A stretch of 64,000 nt of DNA from Caulobacter sp. UNC279MFTsu5.1 (GTDB taxonomy: Bacteria; Pseudomonadota; Alphaproteobacteria; Caulobacterales; Caulobacteraceae). The position numbers and the translations under genes are program-made. A model generated the notes under the pieces. That model did not search any database and was not told the origin of the DNA. It saw nothing but the letters and a program-made list of their open reading frames with translations. Of the stretch, positions 1 through 9,874 are shown in pieces; positions within the stretch are counted from its first letter, which is position 1; each line of letters opens with the position of its first letter. The stretch is taken from NCBI RefSeq assembly GCF_900114015.1, contig NZ_FORN01000007.1, positions 1 to 64,000 on the forward strand, read 5' to 3'.

Positions 1-362
1 ACACGACGGACAAGCCTTCCCGCTCGTCCACCCCCGAAGGCCGCATCGGTCGCCGTACGTGCGCCCTCCCCATGCCTTCAGGTGCAAGCAGTATGAGGGT
101 GGTTTGAAGGGGTGGGGACAGATCAGGGTCGAGAAAATTTAGAGCCTTGATTTCTCAAAGCTTCGCTCGCTATCCGCCGAGGACAGACGCCCAACCGGGG
201 AACGAACCGGCGTTCATGAACCTCCTGTAACGAAGTTCTCGTGTCCGTGATCCGATGTGATCGCCGGATGATTGCGGGGCGTCGCGGCATGCATACCTGA
301 AGCGTGGCCGCTGTTTCATGGAGCGATGATCGCTTCCCAGGCGGCCGCATGGGGCTACCTAC

Positions 363-2378
363 ATGTCTAATCTGATGGCGTTGGGACCGCTGGTCGGTTC
401 GGCGCTTTTCGTCGTGCTCGCGGCTGTGTTCGTCGGGGTGTCGGGCATGGTCCGCTACATCGGCAACAACCGCGTCGCCGTGGTCGAGAAGCTGTGGAGC
501 CGGCGCGGCTCGATCGCCGGCGGCCTGATCGCGTTGAAGGAGGAGGCCGGCTTCCAGCCCGACGTTCTGCGCGGCGGCCTGCACTTCTTCTTCCCGTTCC
601 AGTACCGGCTGCACGTCCAGTCCCTGGTGACCATTCCCCAGGGCCGGATCGGCTATGTCTTCGCCCGTGACGGCGCGCCGCTGGAGGCCGACCAGACCCT
701 GGCCACCCATCCGGCGGGCGTCGACTTCCAGGACGCGCGCAAATTCCTCGAGGCCGGCGGCCAGAAGGGCCCGCAGCGCAAGATCCTGCGCGAGGGCGCC
801 TACGCCATCAACCTGGCCCAGTTCGTGGTGGTGACCAAGGACCGCACCTTCGCGCTCAGCCTGGAGCGCAGCGAGGCGGACCTGCTGGAGCAGATGGCCG
901 AGATCATCGAGGAGCGCGGCGGCTTCGAGCCGGTGGTGATCAAGGACGCCGACGACCAGATCGGGGTGATCACCGTCCATGACGGCCCCGGCCTGCCGGC
1001 CGGCGAGCTGATCGCGCCGCTAGTCGGCGCCGATCCGGAAGACCCCGCGACCTTCCACAACAGCTTCCAGGAGGCCGGCAAGTTCCTGGCCGCCGGCGGC
1101 CGCAAGGGCCGCCAGCTGCAGGTGCTGGTCGAGGGCACCTATTACATCAACCGCCTGTTCGCGACGGTCGAGCGGATCAACAAGACCGTGGTCGAGGTCG
1201 GCCAGGTGGGCGTGGTGGTGTCCTATACCGGCGCGCTTGGGGCCGACACCTCGGGCGAGGGCTATCGCCACGGCGAGCTGGTGGCCAACGGCGAACGCGG
1301 CGTGTGGCGCGACCCGCTGCTGCCGGGCAAGTACGCCTTCAACACCTATGCCGGCCGCGTGACCATGGTGCCGACCACCAACTTCATCCTGAAGTGGGAG
1401 ACGATGGCCGTGGGCTCGCACAAGTTCGACGAGAACCTGGCCGAGGTGTCGCTGATCACCCGCGACGCGTTCGAGCCGACCCTGCCGGTCTCGGTCGTGG
1501 TCCACATCGACTACCGCAAGGCCCCGCTGGTCATCCAGCGGTTCGGCGACATCAAGAAGCTGGTCGAGCAGACCCTGGACCCGATGGTCAGCGCCTATTT
1601 CAAGAACATCGGCCAGACCCGCACCCTGATCGAGCTGCTGCAGGACCGCAGCGCCATCCAGGGCCAGTCGAGCGAGGAGATGAAAGCCAAGTTCGGTCTC
1701 TATAACCTCGAGCTGCAGGAGGTGCTGATCGGCACGCCGCGCCCCGCCGCCACCGGCGACGACCAGATCGAGAAGATCCTGACCCAGCTTCGCCAGCGGC
1801 AGATCGCCGACGAGCAGATCGGCACCTACGAGCGGCAGAAGTTCGCCGCCCAGAAGGAGCGCGAGCTGCGCGAGGCCGAGGCCCTGGCCAAGCAGCAGAC
1901 GGCGATCACCGAGAGCCAGCTGTCGATCCAGGTGCAGCAGAACGCCGGCAAGGCCAGCCTGGCGCGCTCCGAACAGGAGGCCCAGCAGCGCCGGACCCTG
2001 GCCAAGGCCGAGGCCGACGCCACCCGCCTGCTCGGCGAGGGCGAGGCCGGCAAGGTCGTGGCCCTGGCCGCCGCCGAGGCCGAGCGGGTCAGCAAGGTCG
2101 GCCTGGCCACCGCCGAGGCCATCGCCAGCCAGGTCGAGGCCTCGGGCGGCGCCCGCTACCAGCTGGCCCGCCAGGTGGCCGAGCGCTTCGCCGAGGCCCT
2201 GGAGACCAGCGGCGTCGACGTGGTGCCCAAGGTCTCGATCACCGGGGCCGGCGGCGACGGCGGGGCCAATGGCGGGGTCATGCAGGCCCTGCTGACCCTG
2301 CTGATGTCGGAGAAGCTGGGCCTGGCGGTCGACGCCGGCGACCAACGGGTCGCGGAGGACGTGGAGGAGGTCGGATAG
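363..2378 (+). CDS. Flotillin-like SPFH/band-7 family membrane protein (YqiK-like)
   Basis: 671-aa ORF with an N-terminal hydrophobic anchor (LGPLVGSALFVVLAAVFVGV), an SPFH-like core and a long Ala/Glu/Gln-rich coiled-coil C-terminal half, as in bacterial flotillins. Confidence 0.75.
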   Translation: MSNLMALGPLVGSALFVVLAAVFVGVSGMVRYIGNNRVAVVEKLWSRRGSIAGGLIALKEEAGFQPDVLRGGLHFFFPFQYRLHVQSLVTIPQGRIGYVFARDGAPLEADQTLATHPAGVDFQDARKFLEAGGQKGPQRKILREGAYAINLAQFVVVTKDRTFALSLERSEADLLEQMAEIIEERGGFEPVVIKDADDQIGVITVHDGPGLPAGELIAPLVGADPEDPATFHNSFQEAGKFLAAGGRKGRQLQVLVEGTYYINRLFATVERINKTVVEVGQVGVVVSYTGALGADTSGEGYRHGELVANGERGVWRDPLLPGKYAFNTYAGRVTMVPTTNFILKWETMAVGSHKFDENLAEVSLITRDAFEPTLPVSVVVHIDYRKAPLVIQRFGDIKKLVEQTLDPMVSAYFKNIGQTRTLIELLQDRSAIQGQSSEEMKAKFGLYNLELQEVLIGTPRPAATGDDQIEKILTQLRQRQIADEQIGTYERQKFAAQKERELREAEALAKQQTAITESQLSIQVQQNAGKASLARSEQEAQQRRTLAKAEADATRLLGEGEAGKVVALAAAEAERVSKVGLATAEAIASQVEASGGARYQLARQVAERFAEALETSGVDVVPKVSITGAGGDGGANGGVMQALLTLLMSEKLGLAVDAGDQRVAEDVEEVG

Positions 2379-2396
2379 GGACCATCCCGTAGGTCC

Positions 2397-2439
2397 GTCA
2401 TCCCGGATCTGCGCCTTGGCGCTTGTCCGGGATGACAGC
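2397..2439. repeat. Palindromic REP-like element, family A (GTCATCCCGGA...TCCGGGATGAC), copy 1
   Basis: Inverted repeat gtcatcccggatctgcg / cgcttgtccgggatgac immediately after the flotillin stop codon. The same termini recur at eight or more other sites in the window. Confidence 0.8.
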
Positions 2440-2570
2440 TCCGATCGGCTGGGGCCTACCGCTTCCCCCTTCCCCCCGGCGCCCGTCGAACGCCGGGGGG
2501 AAGGGGTGCTTGTTTCCGGGCCGCGATCCGCTTAGGCAGGCCACGTTGTCGTCCTTCTTCCGAGGCTCCC

Positions 2571-3422
2571 ATGACCGTCGTCGTCCTGCAGACCGCCCGC
2601 GCCCGCGTCGAGCTGCTGCCCGCCCTGGGCGGCTCGGTCGGCCGGTTCACCTGGGACGGCCGCGACGTGCTGCGGCCGGCGCCGGCCGGGACGAGCGAGG
2701 TGCTGGAGACCGGCAACTTCGCCCTGGTCCCGTTCTGCAACCGCATCCGGAACGGGCGCTTCGGCTTCGGCGGCCATGAGGTGGCCTTGTCGCCCAACCT
2801 CGGCGACCACCCGCACGCCCTGCACGGCCAGGCGTGGCGCGGGGCGTGGACCGTCGTGTCGGCAAGCGAGACGCAGGCGGTGCTGGCCTTCGACCATCCG
2901 CCCGGCGAATGGCCGTGGGCCTATCGCGCCGAGCAACGCTTCACCCTGGGCGAGGAGGGCCTGCGCCAGGACCTGACCGTGACCAACACCGGGGCCGAGC
3001 CGACGCCCGTCGGCCTGGGCTTCCACCCCTATTTCCCGGCTCGCCCGGGCGAGCGGCTGCAGGCCGGCGTGACCGGCGTCTGGCTGACCGACGACGACTG
3101 CCTGCCCACCACCCATGTCGAGGGCGTCTGGCGCTCGGACTGGGCGGCCGGCGCGCCGACGGCGGTCTCCGAGCTGATCGACAACTGCTACACCGGCTGG
3201 AACGGCGTCGCGACCCTGTCGGCGCCCGGCGGGGCGAGCACGACCCTGACCGCCTCGCCCGAGTGCCGCTGGCTGCACGTCTATTCGCCGCCGGGCGCGG
3301 ACTTCGTCTGCGCCGAACCGGTCGCCAACCGGCCGGATCCGTTCAATGGCCAGGACAGCGGGATCAAGGTCCTGGCGCCGGGCGAGACGGCGTCGGCGTG
3401 GATGAACGTGGCGTCGTCCTAG
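2571..3422 (+). CDS. Aldose 1-epimerase (galactose mutarotase-like) family protein
   Basis: 283 aa with motifs typical of the aldose epimerase fold (FALVPFCNRI, GGHEVAL, HPHALHG, GFHPYF). Its stop codon overlaps the fixK stop on the opposite strand. Confidence 0.7.
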   Translation: MTVVVLQTARARVELLPALGGSVGRFTWDGRDVLRPAPAGTSEVLETGNFALVPFCNRIRNGRFGFGGHEVALSPNLGDHPHALHGQAWRGAWTVVSASETQAVLAFDHPPGEWPWAYRAEQRFTLGEEGLRQDLTVTNTGAEPTPVGLGFHPYFPARPGERLQAGVTGVWLTDDDCLPTTHVEGVWRSDWAAGAPTAVSELIDNCYTGWNGVATLSAPGGASTTLTASPECRWLHVYSPPGADFVCAEPVANRPDPFNGQDSGIKVLAPGETASAWMNVASS

Positions 3423-4066
3423 TCGATCATCGCTTCCAGCGCCGCCCTATTCCGCAACAGCACCTTGCGCGTCGTCGGCAGGGCGATCAGGCCGTCGTGC
3501 TGGAACTGGCTGACGGTGCGCGACACGGTCTCGATGGTCAGGCTCAGATAGTCGGCCATGTCCTGGCGGGTCATCGGCACGTCGAGCAGGGCCTGGGCGC
3601 CCGTCCGCTCGGCCAGGTCCAGCAGCAGGGCCGCGACCCGTTCGCTGGCGGTGCGGCGGCCCAGCATCAGCACGTGGTCCTGGCAGCGGCGCAGGCTGTC
3701 GGTGGTCAGCTCCAGCAGGCGGCGGGCCACGTCGCCGCGCTCGTGGGCCAGGGCCGCCAGGGCGGGACGCGGCATCACCCGCACCAGGGCCGGGCCCAGG
3801 GTCTGCGCCGCCACGCGGTGGGTCTCGCCGCTCTCCAGGCCGAACACGTCGCCGGCGAAATGGAAGGCCTCGATCTGCCGCCGGCCGTCGCGCAGGATCC
3901 GGCAGGTGCGCAGGGATCCGGAGATCAACTGGTAGATCCGGTCGGCCGGCTGGCCCTCGTCGAAGATCGTCTCGTCGCGGCCGAAGCTCTGATGCAGGCC
4001 GTCCAGTACGACCGCCGCCGGCTGGCGGACGGCCGTGGGGACGGGGGTCTGGATCACGGACAGCAT
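3419..4066 (-). CDS. fixK: Crp/Fnr-family transcriptional regulator, FixK-like
   Basis: cNMP-binding-like N-terminal domain plus a C-terminal HTH (TRQDMADYLSLTIETVSRTVSQF). It lies next to fixLJ. The chosen ATG at 4066 has a GGGAGA ribosome-binding site 6 nt upstream; the ORF-track start at 4096 is an in-frame alternative. Confidence 0.8.
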   Translation of the reverse strand: MLSVIQTPVPTAVRQPAAVVLDGLHQSFGRDETIFDEGQPADRIYQLISGSLRTCRILRDGRRQIEAFHFAGDVFGLESGETHRVAAQTLGPALVRVMPRPALAALAHERGDVARRLLELTTDSLRRCQDHVLMLGRRTASERVAALLLDLAERTGAQALLDVPMTRQDMADYLSLTIETVSRTVSQFQHDGLIALPTTRKVLLRNRAALEAMID

Positions 4067-4186
4067 GGCGATCTCCCGATCTCTTGGCCCGCCCAATCTC
4101 GGTCGCCGGAGCCGGGCGGTACAGTCGGGTCCTACGCCTAAGGAGGACTACCTAGCTTGGCTTGAACGCAGCGATCGCCGCGCGTC

Positions 4187-4819
4187 CTACCCCCGCCGGG
4201 TCGACAGGGTCATGCGCACCAGGGCGGCCAGGTTGTCGGCGTGCATCTTGGCCATCAGCTTGGCGCGATAGATCTCGACCGTGCGCGGACTGATGCCCAG
4301 CTCGCGGGCGATCACCTTGTTGGGCTGGCCGTCGACGACGCCGTCCAGCACCTGGCGCTCGCGCTCCGACAGGGTCTCCAGCCGCTGGCGGACCAGGGTC
4401 GCCTCGTCGGAGGCTCCGGCGGCGGCGGCCTTGTTTTGGGAGAGGGGCGGCGGGCCGGCCTCCAGGGCGCGGTTGAGGGCGTCGATCATCCGGCTTTCGC
4501 CGAACGGCTTTTCGATGAAGTCGGCCACCCCGGCCCGCATGGCCTCGACCGCCAGGGGGATGTCGCCATGGCCGGTGATCATGATGATCGGCACGCGGCA
4601 GCCGCGGGCGTTGAGCTCGCGCACCAGCTCCAGCCCGGTCATGTCGGGCATGCGCATGTCGGTGATCACGCAGCCGGCCCCGTCCAGCGGCAGGGCGTCC
4701 AGCAGGGCCAGGGCCGAGGCGTGGCTGACCACCTCGAAGTCGGCGGCCTCCAGCAGGAAGGCCAGGGATTCACGGGCGCTCTCGTCGTCGTCGACCACGT
4801 GGACCACGGCTTCACTCAT
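4187..4819 (-). CDS. fixJ: Two-component response regulator FixJ (REC + LuxR-type HTH)
   Basis: N-terminal receiver ([14 protein letters not shown] ... [12 protein letters not shown] ... ITGHGD) and C-terminal LuxR HTH ([36 protein letters not shown]). It overlaps the fixL stop by 8 nt. Confidence 0.85.
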   Translation of the reverse strand: MSEAVVHVVDDDESARESLAFLLEAADFEVVSHASALALLDALPLDGAGCVITDMRMPDMTGLELVRELNARGCRVPIIMITGHGDIPLAVEAMRAGVADFIEKPFGESRMIDALNRALEAGPPPLSQNKAAAAGASDEATLVRQRLETLSERERQVLDGVVDGQPNKVIARELGISPRTVEIYRAKLMAKMHADNLAALVRMTLSTRRG

Positions 4820-6290
4820 CGATCAGGTCCCTGTTGTCCTCGTCGTCATCTCTACGCGGCGGCAGGACGAAGTGGAACACCGTGCCGCCCTTCGGGTTCG
4901 GGTCGGCCCAGATGCGTCCGCCGTGCGCCTCGATGATCGAGCGCGAGATCGACAGGCCCACCCCCATGCCCTCGGCCTTGGTGGTCATGAACGGCTGGAA
5001 CAATCGCTCGCGGAAGTCGTCGCTGATACCCGAGCCCGTGTCGGTGACGCTGACCTGGACGGATCCGCTTTCCAACCGCTGGCTGGCGATCGTCAGTTCA
5101 CGCCGCGGCGAGTCGGCCATGGCGTCGACGGCGTTGCGGATCAGGTTCACCAGCACCTGCTGGATCTGCACCCGGTCGGCATAGACCGCGTCGGCGGCCG
5201 GATCGAGCTGCAGGCGGGTGGTCACCAGGTGTTCGCGGGCGCCGATCAGGGCCAGGGCGGCGGCGTCCTCGACCACCTTGGACAGGCTCTCGGGCGCGCG
5301 CTCGCTGGCCCCGCGCCGCACGAACTCGCGCATGCGGTGGATCACGTCGCCGGCCCGCAGGGCCTGGGCCGAGGCCTTGTCGACGGCGTCGCGGACCTTG
5401 GCCTGGTCCTCGGGCCGGCCGCGGTCGATCAGCCGGCGCGAGCCGGTCAGCAGGTTGGCGATCGCCGACAGCGGCTGGTTCAGCTCGTGGGCCAGGGTCG
5501 AGGCCATCTCGCCCATGGCGGTCAGGCGCGAGACGTGGACCAGCTCGGTCTGCAGGTCGCGCAGCCGGGCCTCGGTCTGCTGGCGTTCCGTCAGGTCACG
5601 GATGAAGCCGGTGTAGAACGGCTGCAGGCCCCGGGTCTCGCCGACCGCCAGCTCCATCGGGAAGGTCGTGCCGTCCTTGCGCCGGCCCACCACCATGCGG
5701 CCCGTGCCGATGATCCGCTTCTCGCCGGTGCGGCTGTAGCGGGCCAGGAAGCCGTCGTGGCCGCCGCGGTCGGGCTCGGGCATCAGCAGGCTGACGTTCC
5801 TGCCGATCGCCTCGGCCGAGGTCCAGCCGAACAGACGCTCGGCGGCGGGGCTGAACGAGGTCATGACCCCGGCCGGGTCAATGACGATCACCGCGTCGGG
5901 GGCCGAATCGAGGATCGACTGCAGGTGATGGGTCATGGCGGCGGCGCGCGAGCGGGCGGCATGGAACCAGCCGCCGCCGACCGACATGCCGAAGCCGATC
6001 ATCACGAACACCAGGCTCGACAGGGCCGTGGCCTGGTCGGGCGTCCCGCGCACCTTCAACAGCCACACGGCTCCCGCCGCCAGGACGGTGGCGAACAGGC
6101 CCGGCGCCAGGCCGCCGACCGCCGCGCTGATCAGCACGGCCGGCACGAACAGCAGGAAGGCCGAGGGGGCGGTGAAGCCGGGGGGCAGGGCCAGCTGGAT
6201 CAGGCAGCAGGCCAGCACCGTGGCCATGCACGCCAGATAGGCCCGGGGCCGCAGGTCGCTGTGCAGCGTCCCGGCCGAAACCGTGGTCAT
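4812..6290 (-). CDS. fixL: Membrane-anchored PAS/heme sensor histidine kinase FixL
   Basis: Four N-terminal TM helices, then a PAS domain with FixL-like heme-pocket residues ([32 protein letters not shown]), then HisKA ([11 protein letters not shown]) and HATPase_c ([18 protein letters not shown]). An in-frame TTG at 6317 is an alternative start. Confidence 0.8.
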   Translation of the reverse strand: MTTVSAGTLHSDLRPRAYLACMATVLACCLIQLALPPGFTAPSAFLLFVPAVLISAAVGGLAPGLFATVLAAGAVWLLKVRGTPDQATALSSLVFVMIGFGMSVGGGWFHAARSRAAAMTHHLQSILDSAPDAVIVIDPAGVMTSFSPAAERLFGWTSAEAIGRNVSLLMPEPDRGGHDGFLARYSRTGEKRIIGTGRMVVGRRKDGTTFPMELAVGETRGLQPFYTGFIRDLTERQQTEARLRDLQTELVHVSRLTAMGEMASTLAHELNQPLSAIANLLTGSRRLIDRGRPEDQAKVRDAVDKASAQALRAGDVIHRMREFVRRGASERAPESLSKVVEDAAALALIGAREHLVTTRLQLDPAADAVYADRVQIQQVLVNLIRNAVDAMADSPRRELTIASQRLESGSVQVSVTDTGSGISDDFRERLFQPFMTTKAEGMGVGLSISRSIIEAHGGRIWADPNPKGGTVFHFVLPPRRDDDEDNRDLIDE

Positions 6291-6323
6291 CACGTGATAG
6301 CGATCTCCGCTGCGCAAGGTCGG

Positions 6324-7985
6324 CTACCCTATAGCCGCTGGCGGAGCGATTGGCAGTTGCTGATCGCACAGGGCATGCGGGGCGGGGCGGTGGCTGACCA
6401 GCACCAGACCCTGGCCGGTGCGTTTCAGGCGGGCGTCCAGCCGCGCGACGACCAGGGCCTCGGTGGCGGCGTCCAGGCCTTCGGTCGGCTCGTCCAGCAG
6501 CAGCCAGGGGGCGTCGCGCAGCAGGGCGCGGGCCAGGGACAGCCGCCGCCGCTCGCCGCCCGACAGCCGCTCGCCGTTTTCGCCGATCCAGGTGTCCAGG
6601 CCCTGGGGCAGGGCGCGGACCCGGGCCTCCAGGGCGGCGTCGGCCAGGGCGGCCCACACGGCCTCGTCAGGATGCGGGCCGGCCAGGGCGAGGTTGGCCC
6701 GGACCGTGCCGGCGATCATCGCCGCGTCCTGCGGGGCGTGGGCGAAGGCGGGGCGGGCGCGCGCGTCGGGCTCCTGGCCCCCGCACAACAACCGCTCATC
6801 CGGGCGAATGCCGGGATGAGCGGAGTTCAAGCCGCGCAAACCCAGCAGTCGCTCGAGCACCGTGGTCTTGCCCACGCCCGAAGGACCGGTCAGGACCAGT
6901 CGCGATCCAGGCTCCACGGTAAGCTCGCCGAAGGTCAGGCTCGGACGATCCGGCGCGTCCTGAGCGCCCGCCAAGCTCGGCCCATGCTCCAGCACCGCGT
7001 CCAGCCGGTCAGCCGCCGCATCGGCGCCGGCCTCCTGCTCGAACGCCTTGCCAACGCCCGCCAGACCCTCCAGCGCCATGGCGGTCGCCAGGCCGGCCAT
7101 GGCCGCCAGGGGCGTGGCGGCGTCGTGGGCCAGGGCCAGGACGCCGGCGACGGCCAGGCCCAGGATCGCGGCCTGCAGCACGGCCAGCCAGCCCGCGGCG
7201 GCGACGGCGTCGCGCTTGAGGGCGTCCAGCCGCGCGCCCTTGGCGGCGATCTCGGCGGCGGCGCGCTCCTGGACCCCATAGACCCGCAGCTCGGGCGCGG
7301 CGGCGGCGTAGGCGGCCAGGGCGTCCTTCAGGTCGCCGGTCGCTTGCTGGATCGCCGGCCCGGTGCGGGCGGTCAGGCGGCGGGCCAGGGCGCGGACGCT
7401 CAGCACGGTCGCGGCCGCGGCCAGGGCGACGACCAGGGCCGGCGCCCAGCCGGCGGGGGCGGCCAGGGCCAGGCCGGCGGCGACCGCGGCGCCCGCGCCC
7501 CAGGGGGCGGACAGGCGGATCAGCCGGGTCTCGACCGCGTCGACGTCCTGCACCAGCCGAGCCGAGGCCTCGCCGCGCGACAGGGGCAGGCCCTGGACGG
7601 GCGGGGCGGCGGCCAGGGCCGCGTAGAGGGTCGGGCGGATGGCGGCCAGGGCTTTGAGGGCGGCGGCGTGGCCCGACAGCCGCTCCAGATAGCGGAAGGC
7701 GGTGCGCAGGATGGCCAGCAGGCGGATGCCGGCGCTGGGCAGCAGCACGTTGAAGGCCTGAGCCGAGGCCAGTCCGGCCAGTCCGGCGATCGCCGCCCCG
7801 GTCAGGAACCAGCCCGACAGTCCCAGCAGCAGCACCGAGCCCGCCCCGACGACGGCGGCCGAGAGCGCGGCCAGGCGCAGGCCGTCGGCGTGGCGCTTGC
7901 GTTGCTGGCGGATCAGGGCGGCGAGGGGGCCGGCGCTCATAGCCGCGCTCCCGAGAGCGGGATCATCGCATCCGTCCCGCCGCAA
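6324..7985 (-). CDS. cydC: Cysteine/glutathione ABC exporter subunit CydC (cytochrome bd biogenesis)
   Basis: 553 aa with six TM helices and an ABC nucleotide-binding domain (GPSGVGKTT, LSGGERRRLSLARAL, LLLDEPT). It is the second of two tandem paralogous ABC genes beside cydAB. Its stop is 33 nt upstream of the fixL ATG. Confidence 0.75.
   Translation of the reverse strand: MRRDGCDDPALGSAAMSAGPLAALIRQQRKRHADGLRLAALSAAVVGAGSVLLLGLSGWFLTGAAIAGLAGLASAQAFNVLLPSAGIRLLAILRTAFRYLERLSGHAAALKALAAIRPTLYAALAAAPPVQGLPLSRGEASARLVQDVDAVETRLIRLSAPWGAGAAVAAGLALAAPAGWAPALVVALAAAATVLSVRALARRLTARTGPAIQQATGDLKDALAAYAAAAPELRVYGVQERAAAEIAAKGARLDALKRDAVAAAGWLAVLQAAILGLAVAGVLALAHDAATPLAAMAGLATAMALEGLAGVGKAFEQEAGADAAADRLDAVLEHGPSLAGAQDAPDRPSLTFGELTVEPGSRLVLTGPSGVGKTTVLERLLGLRGLNSAHPGIRPDERLLCGGQEPDARARPAFAHAPQDAAMIAGTVRANLALAGPHPDEAVWAALADAALEARVRALPQGLDTWIGENGERLSGGERRRLSLARALLRDAPWLLLDEPTEGLDAATEALVVARLDARLKRTGQGLVLVSHRPAPHALCDQQLPIAPPAAIG
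6794..6823. repeat. Family A palindromic repeat unit embedded in frame in the cydC coding sequence
   Basis: gctcatccgggcgaatgccgggatgagcgg is nearly identical to the termini of the intergenic element at 60631-60755. It translates in frame as LNSAHPGIRPDE, in a loop just after the Walker A motif where the paralog CydD is about 6 aa shorter. Confidence 0.6.
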
Positions 7986-7990
7986 ATGTC

Positions 7991-8093
7991 TGTCATCCCG
8001 GACAAGCGCATAGCGCGCAGATCCGGGACCGGGGCCTGAGCGCCGGCGCTTCCGGCGGTCCCGGATCTGCGCTTCGCTTGTCCGGGATGACAG
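7991..8093. repeat. Family A compound palindromic element (~100 bp), copy 2
   Basis: Outer inverted repeat tgtcatcccggacaagcg / cgcttgtccgggatgaca encloses an inner inverted repeat cagatccgggaccg / cggtcccggatctg. It lies between cydD and cydC. Confidence 0.8.
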
Positions 8094-8115
8094 ACGTTAT
8101 TGGTTTCGGACACGC

Positions 8116-9750
8116 TCACAGCCGCACCACGCGATCGGCCAGGGCGGCCACGATCTCGGAATGGGTGGCGATCAGAGTCGTGCGGCCGTGCGCGGCTTCA
8201 CGGAGGATCGGCAACAGGGCCTGTTCCGAGGCCGCGTCGAGGTCGGCGGTCGGTTCGTCCAGCAGCAGGATCGGCGCGGGCTTGAGCAGGGCGCGGGCCA
8301 GGCCCAGCCGCCGGCGTTCACCGCCGGACAGGCCGGCGCCGCGCTCGTCGAGCCTGGTGTCCAGGCCGCCGCGGTCGTCGAGCACGGCGTCCAGGCCGAC
8401 GGCGCGCGCGGCGCGTTGGATAGCTTCGCGGTCCGCGCCCGGATAGGCCAGGGCCAGGTTGTCGGCCAGGGTCCCGGGCAGGATCACCGGCGATTGCCCG
8501 GCCCAGGCGACCGAGGCGGCGATCGAGCCCAGGTGCGACAGGCGCTGGTCGCCGATCGACACCTCGCCGCCGCTCAGGGGCGCCAGGCCCAGCAGCAGGT
8601 TCAGCAGGGTGGTCTTGCCGCTGCCGCTGGGGCCGAGCAGGGCGACCACCTCGCCAGGGGCGATGTCGAGGTCGAAGCCGTCGAGCACCGGCGCCTCGCC
8701 GGCCTCGTAGCTCACGGTCACGGCCTGGAAGCGGAGGGCCGGCGGGGCGCCGAAGGCGGCGGCCGGCGGGGCGGGCGCGGGGGCGGGCAGGGCGGCCAGG
8801 GTCAGGGCGGCGGCTTCGGCGGCCTGGCGGTCGTGATAGGCGGCGGCCAGGCGGCGCAGGGGCGCGTAGACCTCCGGCGCCAGGGCCAGGGCGAAGAAGG
8901 CGCGCTTCAGGTCCAGCTGTTCGGGAACCGGGAAGGGCAGCAGGCGCAGCAGGTTGAAGCCGCAATAGACCGCCACCAGGGCCACCGACAGGGCGGCGAA
9001 GAACTCCAGCGCTCCAGACGACAGGAAGGCCACCCTCAGCACACGGATCGTTCGCCGGGCCAGGTCGTCGGCGGCGACGGACAGGTCGCGGGTCACCGCG
9101 CCCTCGGCCTGGAAGGCCAGCACCAGGGGCAGGGCGCGGACCCGGTCGAGGAACAGGCCGGACAATCGCTCCAGGGCCAGGAACTGCCGCCGCGATTCCT
9201 CGGCCGCCGCTCCGCCGGCCAGGGCCATGACCAGGCCGAACGGGACCAGGGTCGCCAGCAGGATCCCGGCCGCCACGGGGGTGGCGACGGCGATGGCGGC
9301 GATCAGCAGCAGGGGGGCGACGGCGGCGGCCCGCCGGGCCGGCTCGAAACGCGCGACGTGGCCGTCCAGGGCCTCGACTCCCTCGACCACGGCCGACAGG
9401 GCCTCGCCGCCGGTGACGCGGCCGCCCAGCACCGAGGCGACGGCGTCGTGGCGGGCCTGGGCCTTGACGCTGGCGGCGGCCCGGGCCCCGGCCTCGGCGG
9501 CGCGCCGGGCCAGCAGGCCGCGCGCGGCGGCGGCCAGGGCCAGCACGACCAGCCACGGCCCGGCGGCGGCCAGGCCGCGCGGCAGGGCGTCGATCGCCAG
9601 GGCCAGGCCGGCGGCGAAGGCGATCGCGGCGGGGACGTCGGCCAGCAGCCACAGCGACGCGGCCGAGGACGCCCGGCCGCCGGACCGGGCCGACGCCTTC
9701 AGCCAGGGTCGCGCGACGGCCTCGAGCTGGGCGGTGAGACTGGCGGACAT
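8116..9750 (-). CDS. cydD: Cysteine/glutathione ABC exporter subunit CydD
   Basis: 544 aa with a TM domain and an ABC nucleotide-binding domain (GPSGSGKTT, LSGGERRRLGLARAL, LLLDEPTADLD). It is divergent from cydA. Confidence 0.75.
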   Translation of the reverse strand: MSASLTAQLEAVARPWLKASARSGGRASSAASLWLLADVPAAIAFAAGLALAIDALPRGLAAAGPWLVVLALAAAARGLLARRAAEAGARAAASVKAQARHDAVASVLGGRVTGGEALSAVVEGVEALDGHVARFEPARRAAAVAPLLLIAAIAVATPVAAGILLATLVPFGLVMALAGGAAAEESRRQFLALERLSGLFLDRVRALPLVLAFQAEGAVTRDLSVAADDLARRTIRVLRVAFLSSGALEFFAALSVALVAVYCGFNLLRLLPFPVPEQLDLKRAFFALALAPEVYAPLRRLAAAYHDRQAAEAAALTLAALPAPAPAPPAAAFGAPPALRFQAVTVSYEAGEAPVLDGFDLDIAPGEVVALLGPSGSGKTTLLNLLLGLAPLSGGEVSIGDQRLSHLGSIAASVAWAGQSPVILPGTLADNLALAYPGADREAIQRAARAVGLDAVLDDRGGLDTRLDERGAGLSGGERRRLGLARALLKPAPILLLDEPTADLDAASEQALLPILREAAHGRTTLIATHSEIVAALADRVVRL

Positions 9751-9784
9751 GGACCGTCGTTAGGGAACGGGGACGGGCGCGTCC

Positions 9785-9798
9785 TTGATCCGGATCAA
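9785..9798. promoter_or_regulatory. FNR/FixK-type box TTGAT-N4-ATCAA (perfect 14-bp palindrome)
   Basis: TTGATCCGGATCAA sits in the 124-bp divergent intergenic region, 35 nt upstream of the cydD start and 77 nt upstream of the cydA start. Confidence 0.6.
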
Positions 9799-9874
9799 AG
9801 CGCCCTAGCCACGAGGCGTCTAGGGGTGGAAAGTCCCTGGCGCGATCGATCGCCAACGACAACCGGAGCGCTGC

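Noticed and set aside
1-362. Upstream 362 bp as a gene fragment or ncRNA
   Set aside because: There is no ORF with coding-like statistics and no recognisable RNA motif. It is likely the promoter or leader of the flotillin gene plus the 3' flank of an upstream gene outside the window.
4097-4186. fixT-like single-domain receiver gene between fixJ and fixK, and a strong AAGGAGG on the plus strand at about 4130
   Set aside because: The 90-bp gap is too short for a gene. The Shine-Dalgarno-like hexamer is not followed by a plausible ORF (the frame is antisense to fixJ) and is probably coincidental.
4281-8039. Very long alternative-frame ORFs (e.g. 4281-8039 + 1252 aa, 8318-11467 - 1049 aa, 37391-41041 - 1216 aa, 14882-17419 + 845 aa)
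   Set aside because: They run antisense or out of frame to genes with clear homology signatures. Their translations are low-complexity and Arg/Gly/Ala/Pro-rich, which is typical of open frames in 70% GC DNA.
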